This document shows positions 49,502-58,232 of a DNA stretch of 64,000 nt, in pieces. Below the pieces are notes generated by a model. It searched no databases. It worked only from the letters and a program-made list of their open reading frames with translations, and was not told where the DNA came from. Origin of the DNA: Alphaproteobacteria bacterium (GTDB taxonomy: Bacteria > Pseudomonadota > Alphaproteobacteria > UBA828); assembly GCA_965221125.1 (NCBI GenBank), contig CBDCRW010000004.1, forward strand, positions 416,001 to 480,000, written 5' to 3'. Position 1 is the first letter of the stretch. Every line of letters starts with the position of its first letter. Made by a program: the position numbers and the translations under genes.

Positions 49502-50526
49502 TCACGACTTGATCCAGCCCGCCCGGTGCCTGGCCGCGCCGCCAAAGAAGGCAAGGCACGCCCGCGCCAGCGATCTCCGCCTTCCCGCCGTCGTGAGCAC
49601 GGCATGGAAGCTCCTGCCTGTCTCGACGAAGCCGCCCGCCTGCATCACCAGAGTGCCGGCCTCCACGTGCCGTCCGATCAGATGACGCCAACCGAGCACG
49701 AGGCCGCGGCCGGCAACGGCTGCGTCCAGCGCCTGGGCGTGGCTCTCGACGACTTCGTACCGGGGGTCCGGGGGCGGACGCCCCGCGGCCTCGAACCAGC
49801 GCTCCCAGGACGCTCCGCCCTCGTCAGGCCCTGCGAGATCGAGAAGGGTCAGCCCCTTCCAGCCCGCCGCAGGTCCATTCAGAACCTGCGCATGAGCGGC
49901 GGCGTAGCCGGGAGAGCAGAAGGCGCCAACGGCTCCCCCGGCAACCGTCACGCGGTGCTGGGTGCGGCAGTCTCCGCGTCCCAGGTCAGCATCAGATCGG
50001 CGGCGGTCTCGGACGGCGCGGGCGCTGCTGCGTTTGTGTGGGCGAGAATGCGGATCCGGACGTGATCTCCAAGCGCCGCTTTCAGCGCCTCATAGCGCTG
50101 CATCGCGAAGAGTTGCGACAACTCGTCCGGACAGGCGATCGCCACTTCCGTCCCGTCCTCGCTGGAGTGTTCCGCAATCTCCGCGGCCCCGTCATGGAGA
50201 GCGTCGAGAGCCACAAGGACCGCCTTGTGAAAGCGCAGCCCCGCGTCGGTCAGGCTCACCCCGGTCCGGGAGCGCTCGAACAGCCGTGCCGAGAGCTGGT
50301 CCTCCAGGCGCGCAATGAGTCGGCTGATCGCCGACTGCGAGGTGCCGAGCTCCCGCGCCGCATGGGAGAAGCTGCCGTGTCGCGCCGCGCTCTCGAAGGC
50401 GATCAGGGCGCTCATGGAGGGAAGCCGGTAGGGACTGCGATCGCTCAAGGGCGCGCGGGCGCGGCCGGAGCGCACGTTCCCGTCCCCGCGTTGCGCCACA
50501 TGGCGCGGCTCTCCGTCGTTGGCCAT
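49502..50526 (-). pseudogene. LysR-family (GcvA-like) regulator, split by a frameshift near 49950
   Basis: HTH LPSMSALIAFESAARHGSFSHAARELGTSQSAIS in 49948-50526; the substrate-binding half (WERWFEAAG, ALDAAVAGRGLVLGW) is in another frame at 49502-49951. Confidence 0.78.
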
Positions 50527-50609
50527 GCCTCCCTCCCCGGCACGTATGGCCGCGTGCGCCCGGTCTCCGCAGCCGCCAGGCGCTCAGGCCGCGAGAACCC
50601 CGCCGGGCC

Positions 50610-51055
50610 TCACTCCGCCTGCGCCGGCGCCACGCGCTTCGTCAGCATCACCACGTTGCGCCCGTCCTGCCGCCGGCAAGCCACCGTGTCCATCGTCTTC
50701 TGCACGAGATAGATGCCGAGACCGCCCTTGGCGCGATCCTGCAGTGCGGCGCGATATCCGGCGCCGGCGCCCGCAGCGGGTCGAACGCCCTGCCGTCGTC
50801 CGCGATCTCGATCGCCAGCGCTCCGGCCTCAAGGCGGAGGACGAGATCGATCCGATGCTCCCGGTCGTCGTCGTAGCCGTAGCCGATCGTGTTGGTCACC
50901 AGCTCGTCAGCCGCCAGATTGACCTCAAAGGCAATCTGCTTCGCCATCCCGTGCTCTGCACGGAACGCGCCGACGTTCTCGGCGGCGACGGCGACATTCC
51001 GCAGATCGTTGACCGGCGAGAGCTCGAGAGCGTCGCCGGTACCGGCGGCAGCCAT
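50610..51055 (-). pseudogene. RsbW-like anti-sigma factor/ATP-binding protein, frameshifted near 50750
   Basis: NLAADELVTNTIGYG and DDGRAFDP in one frame; DRAKGGLGIYLVQKTMD...GRNVVML continues in a different frame to TGA at 50610. Confidence 0.78.
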
Positions 51056-51114
51056 TTCCCCCGGGCCCGCCTGATGCAGCACGCGCCCGCCGCAGCTTGC
51101 GTCTCCGGCGGCCG

Positions 51115-51396
51115 CTACCGCGTAGCCGGCTCGACAATGATGCGCCCGCGGCCGCGCCTGACGAAGTAACCGCCACGCGGGATAGCGAGCGTGCCCTGCT
51201 GAACCAGCGGCCAGAGAGTATCGACGATCAGGGTCGCATTCTTGTCCGGCGCCGACCCCGCGGTCCCCGGCTGGGCCGCGAGCCATTCCAGGAAGGCCCT
51301 GTCGGCGATATCTCTGCCGATGGATTTTCGCAGCGCATTCAGTTTGCGCGCCTGCCCCCTGGTCAGGCCGCTCTCGTCAATCTCGATACCGGGCAC
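51115..51396 (-). CDS. Small hypothetical protein
   Basis: GGAGGGAG RBS, GTG start, 93 aa of protein-like composition. Confidence 0.6.
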   Translation of the reverse strand: MPGIEIDESGLTRGQARKLNALRKSIGRDIADRAFLEWLAAQPGTAGSAPDKNATLIVDTLWPLVQQGTLAIPRGGYFVRRGRGRIIVEPATR

Positions 51397-51856
51397 GGCA
51401 ATCGCTCCCTCCGATGTCGCTCAAGGGCGAGCGTTATAGCAGATCGCGCCGACAGGCATCTCCAGCGGTTTCACGGTCACGCAACCCGGTGTCGCTGCCA
51501 CGGGATGGGGTGCAGGAAGAAGACGGGCCACGCGCATGAGCGGGGCCGTCCGCATGTTCTCGCGCCCAGGCGGGCGTGGCGCACCGGCGTACGCGGCGCA
51601 CCGGCGTATGCGGCGCGAGCCATGTCCGCCATGCCGGTTTCGTGCTCGACCCGGCTCCCGGTGCCGCCGAGGACCGGGCCGTTCCCCCGGCGCACGGCCT
51701 CCCCGTCTCCCGCCGTATTTCTCTTTCTGCGCCGCCTTCACTTCGGCACGCCGCCAGGAGTCGGAGGCTGGCCGAAACGAGGGCGCGGCGGGTCGCGTCC
51801 CGGGAGAGGGGGGCGTCCCCGCCGTCTCCACCAACCTGCCAACGGGAGGCGGCACC

Positions 51857-52174
51857 ATGCGGACATCCGGGACAGTTCATCGAAGCGCACAAACGTTTCT
51901 GACCCATGTGTTCGGGCGCGGTCTCGACGACGAGCGCTATGTCGTCGAGAGATACGAGTCCGATTTCGAGGGCCAGATCCGGCCCTGGCGGCCGGGCAAG
52001 GGATCGAAGGACGCGCGCAAGGCAGCGCGGAAGGTGATGAGCCTTCGCGCCGTGCAACGGCTCCGGCCGGAGCGGAACGAGATCATAATTGCCACCGGCG
52101 TCGAGCTTGCCGGCGGCGTTCAGTACTACGGCGAGCATGCCATCTGGCCCCATATGTCGCGGCGGCATCGGTGA
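51857..52174 (+). CDS. Small hypothetical protein
   Basis: GGGAGG RBS before ATG51857; 105 aa of protein-like composition. Confidence 0.5.
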   Translation: MRTSGTVHRSAQTFLTHVFGRGLDDERYVVERYESDFEGQIRPWRPGKGSKDARKAARKVMSLRAVQRLRPERNEIIIATGVELAGGVQYYGEHAIWPHMSRRHR

Positions 52175-52286
52175 TCGAAGGATTGGCCGGGGCGTCCCTA
52201 CCGGGCGCTCCGGCCCTCGTCTTGCGCCGGAATACCGGTGGAAAGGCGCGCTCCTTGATCGTCGTCAACACGAAGGATCGCAGATC

Positions 52287-53093
52287 ATGCCCTACGCCGA
52301 CATCGAGAGGCGGAGAGCGCTCCAGCGCGAACGTCACCGGCGCCGTATCGTCGAGCGGGCCGCTCTCGGGCTCTGCACCCGATGTGGGATCCGCGCCGTG
52401 GCGCCCGGCCGGCGGCAGTGCGAGCCCTGCCGCAGAAAGGCGCGCGCCGCCGAGCGTGCGCGCTATGCTGCCGGCAAAGCCAGGGGCGAGCTCTACGGCG
52501 GCCGCCGGGTGGCAACCCGCAGGCGCGACAGCCGTGAGCGGGGCAGAGAGCGCCATCGCGCCCGGCGCGCGGCTGGAACGTGCACGATGTGCGGCCGGAT
52601 GCCACCCATGGTGGGCGCCGCCGTCTGCGAGGGTTGCAGGTCCGACCGTCGCGCCCGCGAGCGTGAGCGCTACGCCCGCCGCAGGGCCGAGGGCCGTTGC
52701 GTCCGCTGCAACGACGCGGCGCCGGCTGGGTCCTCCCGCTGCCGGCAGTGTGCGGCCATGGAGGCGTCGCGGCCGAAAGGGCGGAAGAATGCCCAAGACC
52801 GCAAGCGGTACGCGCGCCGTCGCGCCCGGAAGCTCTGCTCACGATGCGGGGCCTGGGCGGGTGCCGCCAGCACGTGCGACTCCTGTTCGCGGCAAGCCCG
52901 CGTGCGCTCGCCCGAGTATCGAGGAGTGCCGTTGTCCGGGCCCCTCTTCACCGTCGTCGAGATCGCGACCGGTCGAGAGTTGGACACGTTCGAGACCGAG
53001 GCCGAGGCGGCGGCCGCGCTGGCGTTTGCCGGCCTCGGCCCCGGCGATGTCGAGATAGTCTCGGACAACACGGCCGCACTGACCGCGTGGTAG
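52287..53093 (+). CDS. Arg-rich protein with four CxxC-x(9-11)-CxxC repeats
   Basis: CTRC..CEPC, CTMC..CEGC, CVRC..CRQC, CSRC..CDSC, each preceded by a basic helix. Confidence 0.7.
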   Translation: MPYADIERRRALQRERHRRRIVERAALGLCTRCGIRAVAPGRRQCEPCRRKARAAERARYAAGKARGELYGGRRVATRRRDSRERGRERHRARRAAGTCTMCGRMPPMVGAAVCEGCRSDRRARERERYARRRAEGRCVRCNDAAPAGSSRCRQCAAMEASRPKGRKNAQDRKRYARRRARKLCSRCGAWAGAASTCDSCSRQARVRSPEYRGVPLSGPLFTVVEIATGRELDTFETEAEAAAALAFAGLGPGDVEIVSDNTAALTAW

Positions 53094-53587
53094 CCAGCGG
53101 CGATGCGTCCGCCGCGCCGCGCGCCATCCCTCAGCGCCTTGCGAGACCCTGGCCGGTGACGCCCGGAGCCCGACCGCAGCCCACGGCGGACACGCGCTCC
53201 AAACTCGACGGAATGCGCGGGAGCCGGCCAAAACAGGGATCACCGGCTCCCGCGCTCTCCTCGCGGAGACCCTCATGGGCAATCGGAGGTTACATCCCGG
53301 TGCGGACCTCCGGCAAGGCGCCGGCCGCCCCCGTGCCGGCCGCGCCGGCGATCCGCTTCCCGGAACTTGCGAGGCGGGTTAATGACACCACCCGGCGCGC
53401 CGGAACCGGCGCCGCCTGTCCGGTGAGTGCGTCGGCGCCACCGGCAAGCCCGAGCGGAACGTCACCGTGCAGGTCACGGGCAGGTCGCGGGCAGCCACCC
53501 GCGATCGCCGGCCTCCCCTGACGCGCCGCCGGTTCGGCAATTTCAGGGCAGGGGGTCCCGGCGCCACGGCAACCGGCACCGCCGGCT

Positions 53588-54922
53588 TCATGTCCACCGC
53601 CACAGGAGGTCCTTCGAGATCTGCCTCGCGATCCTGTCGCGCTGGCGCTCCAGGCCGTTGTGCGCCGACCCGAACTGCCCCCCCTCCAGCCGGATCACCC
53701 TGCCGATCCGCTTCATCAGGCGGTGGGTCTCTTCCTTCTTCTTCTCGTATTCCTCGCTGCCAAGCCCCATGACCTCGATCACGTAGCGCACCTTGTCGCT
53801 GCCGTCGGTGGAGCCGCCCGGGCGGCTGACGGTGAGAAGGCCGTCCGGATGACAACGGCCGTCGCGCACCCTTATCGGGAAGAGCGGCCTCTCAAGCTCG
53901 ACCCGGACGACACCGCCGAGCGCCTCCCGCAGCTCCTTGCCGCTTCGCAGATCCTCGACCAGTCGTGCAAGCGACAGGAGCGCCTGGCGCTCGTAGTCAG
54001 AGTCGACCGGGATCGGCAACTCCGGCGCGGCAATCGGCTCCGCGTAGGCCATGCGGCACTCCCATCCGTGCATGTCTGCGGACTGCGCCAGCGCGCCCAG
54101 GAAGAGATAGGGCCCCTCCACCCTGTTGTTGTGGATGAGCCGGGAGACCACGGGAGACGTCACCCTCACATGGCCGGCGCCCCCGGTCCTGCCGTTGATG
54201 TCGTGGCCCTCCACATCGTGCGCGACCCAGCACAGGTAGCCGCAGGGCGGGGGATCTTTCGGCCAATGCCGCGCGCGCTCGTCCAGCCTTTCCCGGAACT
54301 CACCCGAGTGCCAGCTCGCGGGGGCCGTGCACAGCACCTCCGACGCCGGAACCCCCGGCGCGACGGGGAACGCAACTGCGGCGCGTCTGAGTTCCGCGAG
54401 CCAGTCCTCCGATGACGGAAACCGCTCCACACCGGCCAGTGTGTGCAGCCGCGCCTCCCGGATGAAGCACTTGAGCATGTAGGCCACGACCGGGACCGAC
54501 CGGCCCGTCCCGCTCCAGGGCTTGTGTTCCAGGTCGCGTTCTGCCGAAGCCTCGACGTCCCGCTCGTGCGAGAGCGGATTGAAGAAGAACCGGGAGGCGC
54601 CTTGCAAGTGTTGCAGGCGGAAGACGCAGTTCCCGGCATGCGGCACGGAAGCGTCGGGAAGGTTGCCGAGACGCATGCTGCGCCGTCCCCGGCCGGGCAC
54701 GATGACAGGCTGCTCCAACCCATCGGGCAGACAATCGCACAACATCCAGCAATCCGCGTCGCAGAGGGCCCTGATCACGGCGTCGTGGAGCTTTCGCGCC
54801 GCCGGGTCCTCCTTCCGGCGCCTTACTCTTGCGTCCTTGACCTTGCGCAGGGCGTATTCCTCGAGAGACTCAAGCCAACGGACGTGCTCCCGGCTGAACG
54901 CCCTTATGACCTCGAGAGCCAT
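53588..54922 (-). CDS. Hypothetical protein with N-terminal Cys/His motif and C-terminal PD-(D/E)xK-like motif (DUF1173-like)
   Basis: LCDC...HAGNC at the N-terminus; HPDGLL...YVIEVMG...EYEKKK at the C-terminus; GGAGGGAGG RBS. Confidence 0.6.
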   Translation of the reverse strand: MALEVIRAFSREHVRWLESLEEYALRKVKDARVRRRKEDPAARKLHDAVIRALCDADCWMLCDCLPDGLEQPVIVPGRGRRSMRLGNLPDASVPHAGNCVFRLQHLQGASRFFFNPLSHERDVEASAERDLEHKPWSGTGRSVPVVAYMLKCFIREARLHTLAGVERFPSSEDWLAELRRAAVAFPVAPGVPASEVLCTAPASWHSGEFRERLDERARHWPKDPPPCGYLCWVAHDVEGHDINGRTGGAGHVRVTSPVVSRLIHNNRVEGPYLFLGALAQSADMHGWECRMAYAEPIAAPELPIPVDSDYERQALLSLARLVEDLRSGKELREALGGVVRVELERPLFPIRVRDGRCHPDGLLTVSRPGGSTDGSDKVRYVIEVMGLGSEEYEKKKEETHRLMKRIGRVIRLEGGQFGSAHNGLERQRDRIARQISKDLLWRWT

Positions 54923-55230
54923 GATCCTCCCTCCGATGCCCCCCGCTGCACTTCACCGACAGGAGCGCCGGGACGCCGGCGCCCGAAACGATCGCGGGAA
55001 GGGTGCCAGCGCCTGGCCCCGGCCCGCTCGATCCAACGCGGCGAGCGCTCCAGCCATTCGTCGACCAGGTGAATCCCGTCGGCCCCGGCCCTCGCCTCGG
55101 TGATCAGGGGACGCCATTGGAAGTGTCCCCGTCTTCTCAGCCGAAACCATCGACAGCACAAGCCCTCTCGGGTCGACCTGGCCCTCTCACCGGACCGCCG
55201 CACTTGTTCGTCCGATCTGCTTGCCTGCAA

Positions 55231-55746
55231 TCAGAACAGCTCCTTCTGACCGGAGTCGCCGACCCTTTTCCTTGGGCGCGCCGGCTTCTGCGGTTTCTTC
55301 GGCTCCTGCGGTTTCTGTGCCGGCGCCGGCGCCGTGCGCATATTCTGCATGAAAGCGGCGGCGATGATTGCCGCCCGCTCGTCGCCGAACACTTGCCGCA
55401 GGAGCGCCTCCGCGTCGCTGCTCCGGCCCTGCCGCACCATCGTCTCAAGCCGCGCCTTCAGCAGCGCGCCGAGGCCGTCCGTGACCTGCGAAGGCGCGTC
55501 GATGTCCGAGCGCAGGCTCCGCGCATGCTCGCTCACGGCCCGAGACACGGACTTCTGCTGTTTCTCGTCGAGCACCAGCCGGCGATGTTTCCGCGGCAAG
55601 GGATCCACCGTCAGCGCGCAATGGACCACCCAGGCCGACACCGACATTCCGGCCTCGTCCGCCCCCGACTCGACGTCGGCCCACTCCTCGTCGGTCGCGG
55701 AAATCGTCTGCGAGGTCCCCGCCCTGCGCACGCGCCGCCTTTTCAT
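55231..55746 (-). CDS. Ribbon-helix-helix (MobC/NikA-like) protein 3
   Basis: QTISATDEEWADVESGADEAGMSVSAWVV. Confidence 0.68.
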   Translation of the reverse strand: MKRRRVRRAGTSQTISATDEEWADVESGADEAGMSVSAWVVHCALTVDPLPRKHRRLVLDEKQQKSVSRAVSEHARSLRSDIDAPSQVTDGLGALLKARLETMVRQGRSSDAEALLRQVFGDERAAIIAAAFMQNMRTAPAPAQKPQEPKKPQKPARPRKRVGDSGQKELF

Positions 55747-56069
55747 GGCCCCCGCTCTTCTTCGCAGAGCAGCAGAAAGCGCACCACTTCATGGATCGCC
55801 AGGGTCGTCTTCCCGCCGTCCTGCGCATCGACAACGATGCTCTTCGACCGGGCGAGAACGCGGCTGTCCTCGTAGAGGCGACGCTGCGCGTCTTCGGCGA
55901 GCACCAGCGGATGACCAAGCGGTTCCGGAGGAGCGCTCGCGCTCGCAACCCGGCGGCAGCACAGAATGACCAGGCGCGAGAGCGATATCCCCGCCCTCTT
56001 GGCCCGCCGCCGCATCTTCTCCCGCGCCTCTGGCGAGCAGTAGATGCAGCGCTTCTTCGCCAGGATCAC
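55743..56069 (-). CDS. Ribbon-helix-helix (MobC/NikA-like) protein 2
   Basis: RCIYCSPEAREKMRRRAKRAGISLSRLVI; ATGA overlap with the next gene. Confidence 0.65.
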   Translation of the reverse strand: MILAKKRCIYCSPEAREKMRRRAKRAGISLSRLVILCCRRVASASAPPEPLGHPLVLAEDAQRRLYEDSRVLARSKSIVVDAQDGGKTTLAIHEVVRFLLLCEEERGP

Positions 56070-56082
56070 GGCACTTTCCGCT

Positions 56083-56415
56083 TCATCCCAGATCGCCCTC
56101 GCCCTCGATCCAGGCGTCCACCGCGCCTACCGCCCTCCGCCACAGCTCTTCGCCCATCTCGCCGTCGTTCACGAGACGCAGCCTTTGCAGTTCTTCGAGG
56201 ATCAACACCGCCTTTGCCGCTCGCTGCAGCACCGGCGAGGGCAGAGCGGCATCGGTCGTGGCGGCCTGCGCCTTGCGGTCGAGGCAGCACCTGATGACGT
56301 AGTCGGAGTTCGACAATCCCGCCGCTTGTGCGCCCTCGTTGATCTCGGCCCACTCGGCATCGGTTGCACCGACCCAGCGCTGCTTCCGCTTTTCGCCCTT
56401 TTGTCTCGCCGGCAT
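56083..56415 (-). CDS. Ribbon-helix-helix (MobC/NikA-like) protein 1
   Basis: RWVGATDAEWAEINEGAQAAGLSNSDYVI. Confidence 0.68.
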   Translation of the reverse strand: MPARQKGEKRKQRWVGATDAEWAEINEGAQAAGLSNSDYVIRCCLDRKAQAATTDAALPSPVLQRAAKAVLILEELQRLRLVNDGEMGEELWRRAVGAVDAWIEGEGDLG

Positions 56416-56536
56416 CGGCCCGCCCGCGTCCCTATGGTGGATATCCGACTATATCCGCAAATGAACAGATAAAACCATACGTCCTGCATATCGACCTTCA
56501 GCCGTCATCCCACAAGCCGCAGATTACTGCGCAGAT

Positions 56537-56568
56537 GATAGACACATCAACACCCGAGTGTCACTATC
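56537..56568 (-). other. Candidate oriT/nic site
   Basis: Minus strand GGTGTTGATGTGTCT^ATC resembles the R388 TrwC nic (GGTGCGTATTGTCT^ATAG); lies in an imperfect hairpin in AT-richer DNA upstream of the RHH genes. Confidence 0.45.
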
Positions 56569-56717
56569 GCAACAAGAAAGACCTCTCCTGCCATGGAAAT
56601 ATGACCGTTACTTCCATAGTTGACTTCAGTATAACCATATGATGTAACACGCATGCAACGGATGACCATCGCATAACGAGTCTAACCACCGAACCACCGA
56701 ATCGTCGGTATTGTTTT

Positions 56718-56729
56718 CTACACGGAAAC
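56718..56729 (+). repeat. attR core (12-bp direct repeat CTACACGGAAAC)
   Basis: Identical to 28407-28418; followed by GCTCTGA, which completes the right arm of the rebuilt palindrome. Confidence 0.85.
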
Positions 56730-56873
56730 GCTCTGACTCTTTGTCGCTCACGGCAGCCGGTCTTCGACCGGCGCCTCCGCGTCGCGCGGCCACGCGCGCA
56801 GGGGCGCGCGATGTGCGCCGCATTCGCGGCCTATCGCGCGTCCGTCAGAGTCGGACGCGCTCCGACGCCGCTT

Positions 56874-57359
56874 TCAGCCGATGGGCGGGGTGCGCACCGT
56901 CATCTTGCCGCGCATCGCCGTCGGCGTCTCGTCCTCGGGGACCTCGCCGGTCGCGCTCGCCTGGTAGGCGCGGGCGTAGGCGATGACGTCCGCCGCATGG
57001 TCCGGCGTCAGGTGGCTGAAGCGCACGTGGTGCTTGCCGGCCTCGCGAAAGCCCACGTTGCACGGGCTCTTGCAACCGTTCAGGCAATAGACCGCGCGCA
57101 GGTTCAGGCTCTCCGGCAGCGGCTCCGCGTCGACCAGGTCCCTCACCGCGTCCAGCAGGAAGGTGCCCTGGCGCTTGCCGTCGCGCTCCCGCGCGGATTC
57201 GGACCAGACGCAGGAGCGGCAGACGTAGAACGTCGCCGGCGCATTCCCCGGCGGCTTCGCGGCTGGCCTCCTGCGCGCGGACCCCTTGCCGGTGCCGGCC
57301 CGCGCCCTGCCCGCGCGCGGCCGTGCGGCGTCGCGCTTCCCCGGTTTCCGCTCCGCCAC
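56874..57359 (-). CDS. DUF1636 family metal-binding protein
   Basis: YVCRSC and VYCLNGCKSPCNV motifs; C-terminal VRTPP. Confidence 0.8.
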   Translation of the reverse strand: MAERKPGKRDAARPRAGRARAGTGKGSARRRPAAKPPGNAPATFYVCRSCVWSESARERDGKRQGTFLLDAVRDLVDAEPLPESLNLRAVYCLNGCKSPCNVGFREAGKHHVRFSHLTPDHAADVIAYARAYQASATGEVPEDETPTAMRGKMTVRTPPIG

Positions 57360-57367
57360 GGGTCGGC

Positions 57368-58141
57368 CTAGCTGAAGCTGAAATAGAAGTTGAGAAGCAG
57401 GCCGTTCACCTGCGTCGGCTTCTCGACCGGGGTCCAGTGGCCGCAGCCGGGCAGGATGGCGACGCGGGAGCCGGCGATCCGGCCGCCGAGTGCCTTCACC
57501 GCCGGCGGCGGCGCGACGCCGTCCTCGTCGCCCGTGACCAGCAGGGTCGGGCAGCGGATGCCGGCGAGGTCCGCGCTCCTCGCGTCGGCGAGCGCCTCGC
57601 AGGTGCGCGCGTAGCCCTCGGCATCCTGGCGCATGAGGATCTCGCGCACGAATGCCGCCGTCGCCGGCTGGTGCGACCGGGTCTCGGCGGAGATCGCGAC
57701 CTCCACCAGGGTGTCGGCGATGGGCACCATGCCGTTCTTGCGCGCGACGCCCGCGCGGTCGCGGATTGCCTGGCGCGCGGGCTCCGGCGGCTCCGCCAGC
57801 GGACCCAGGAGTGCCAGGCTCTTCACCCGCTCAGGAGTCTCGGCGGCGAGGTGCTGGCAGACGATCGTGCCCATGGAGTGCCCGCAGAGGTGGGCGGTCG
57901 GGATGTCGAGCGCATCCATCACCGCGCGCACGTCGGCGACGAAGGAGGCGATGGAGAGCGCCCCCGTGGCGGGCGAGCGGCCCGAGCCCTCGAGGTCGAG
58001 CCGGACCACGCGGAAGGAGCGGGCTAGGGGGCCCGCCTGCGGGTGCCAGGTGTTGGCGGTGCCGCCGAGGCCGTGGACCATGACCACCGCGTCGCCGTCG
58101 CCCTGCTCCTCGACCGCGATCTGCTTGCCGTTAACCTCCAT
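57368..58141 (-). CDS. Alpha/beta hydrolase (3-oxoadipate enol-lactonase-like)
   Basis: HGLGG, GHSMG nucleophile elbow, GDEDGVAP, GHW. Confidence 0.9.
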   Translation of the reverse strand: MEVNGKQIAVEEQGDGDAVVMVHGLGGTANTWHPQAGPLARSFRVVRLDLEGSGRSPATGALSIASFVADVRAVMDALDIPTAHLCGHSMGTIVCQHLAAETPERVKSLALLGPLAEPPEPARQAIRDRAGVARKNGMVPIADTLVEVAISAETRSHQPATAAFVREILMRQDAEGYARTCEALADARSADLAGIRCPTLLVTGDEDGVAPPPAVKALGGRIAGSRVAILPGCGHWTPVEKPTQVNGLLLNFYFSFS

Positions 58142-58232
58142 CGCCCTCGCTCCCGTGACCGGCAGGCCCAGCACATAGCATGCGGCGCCGCCGGCCGGGT
58201 AGGCGTTTTCCGCCGCCGCTCAGGGATTGCCG

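Larger units (their letters stand above)
28407..56729. mobile_element. Integrative, probably mobilizable element (~28.3 kb) with tandem tyrosine integrases, MOBF relaxase and type I-E CRISPR-Cas
   Basis: Flanked by the identical 12-mer CTACACGGAAAC; integrases at the left end, RHH genes and AT-richer DNA at the right end; housekeeping genes resume on both sides. Confidence 0.88.

Noticed and set aside
53300-53587. Recurrent CACCGGC/GCCGGC words as iterons
   Set aside because: Irregular spacing and low complexity in very GC-rich DNA; no replication initiator identified.
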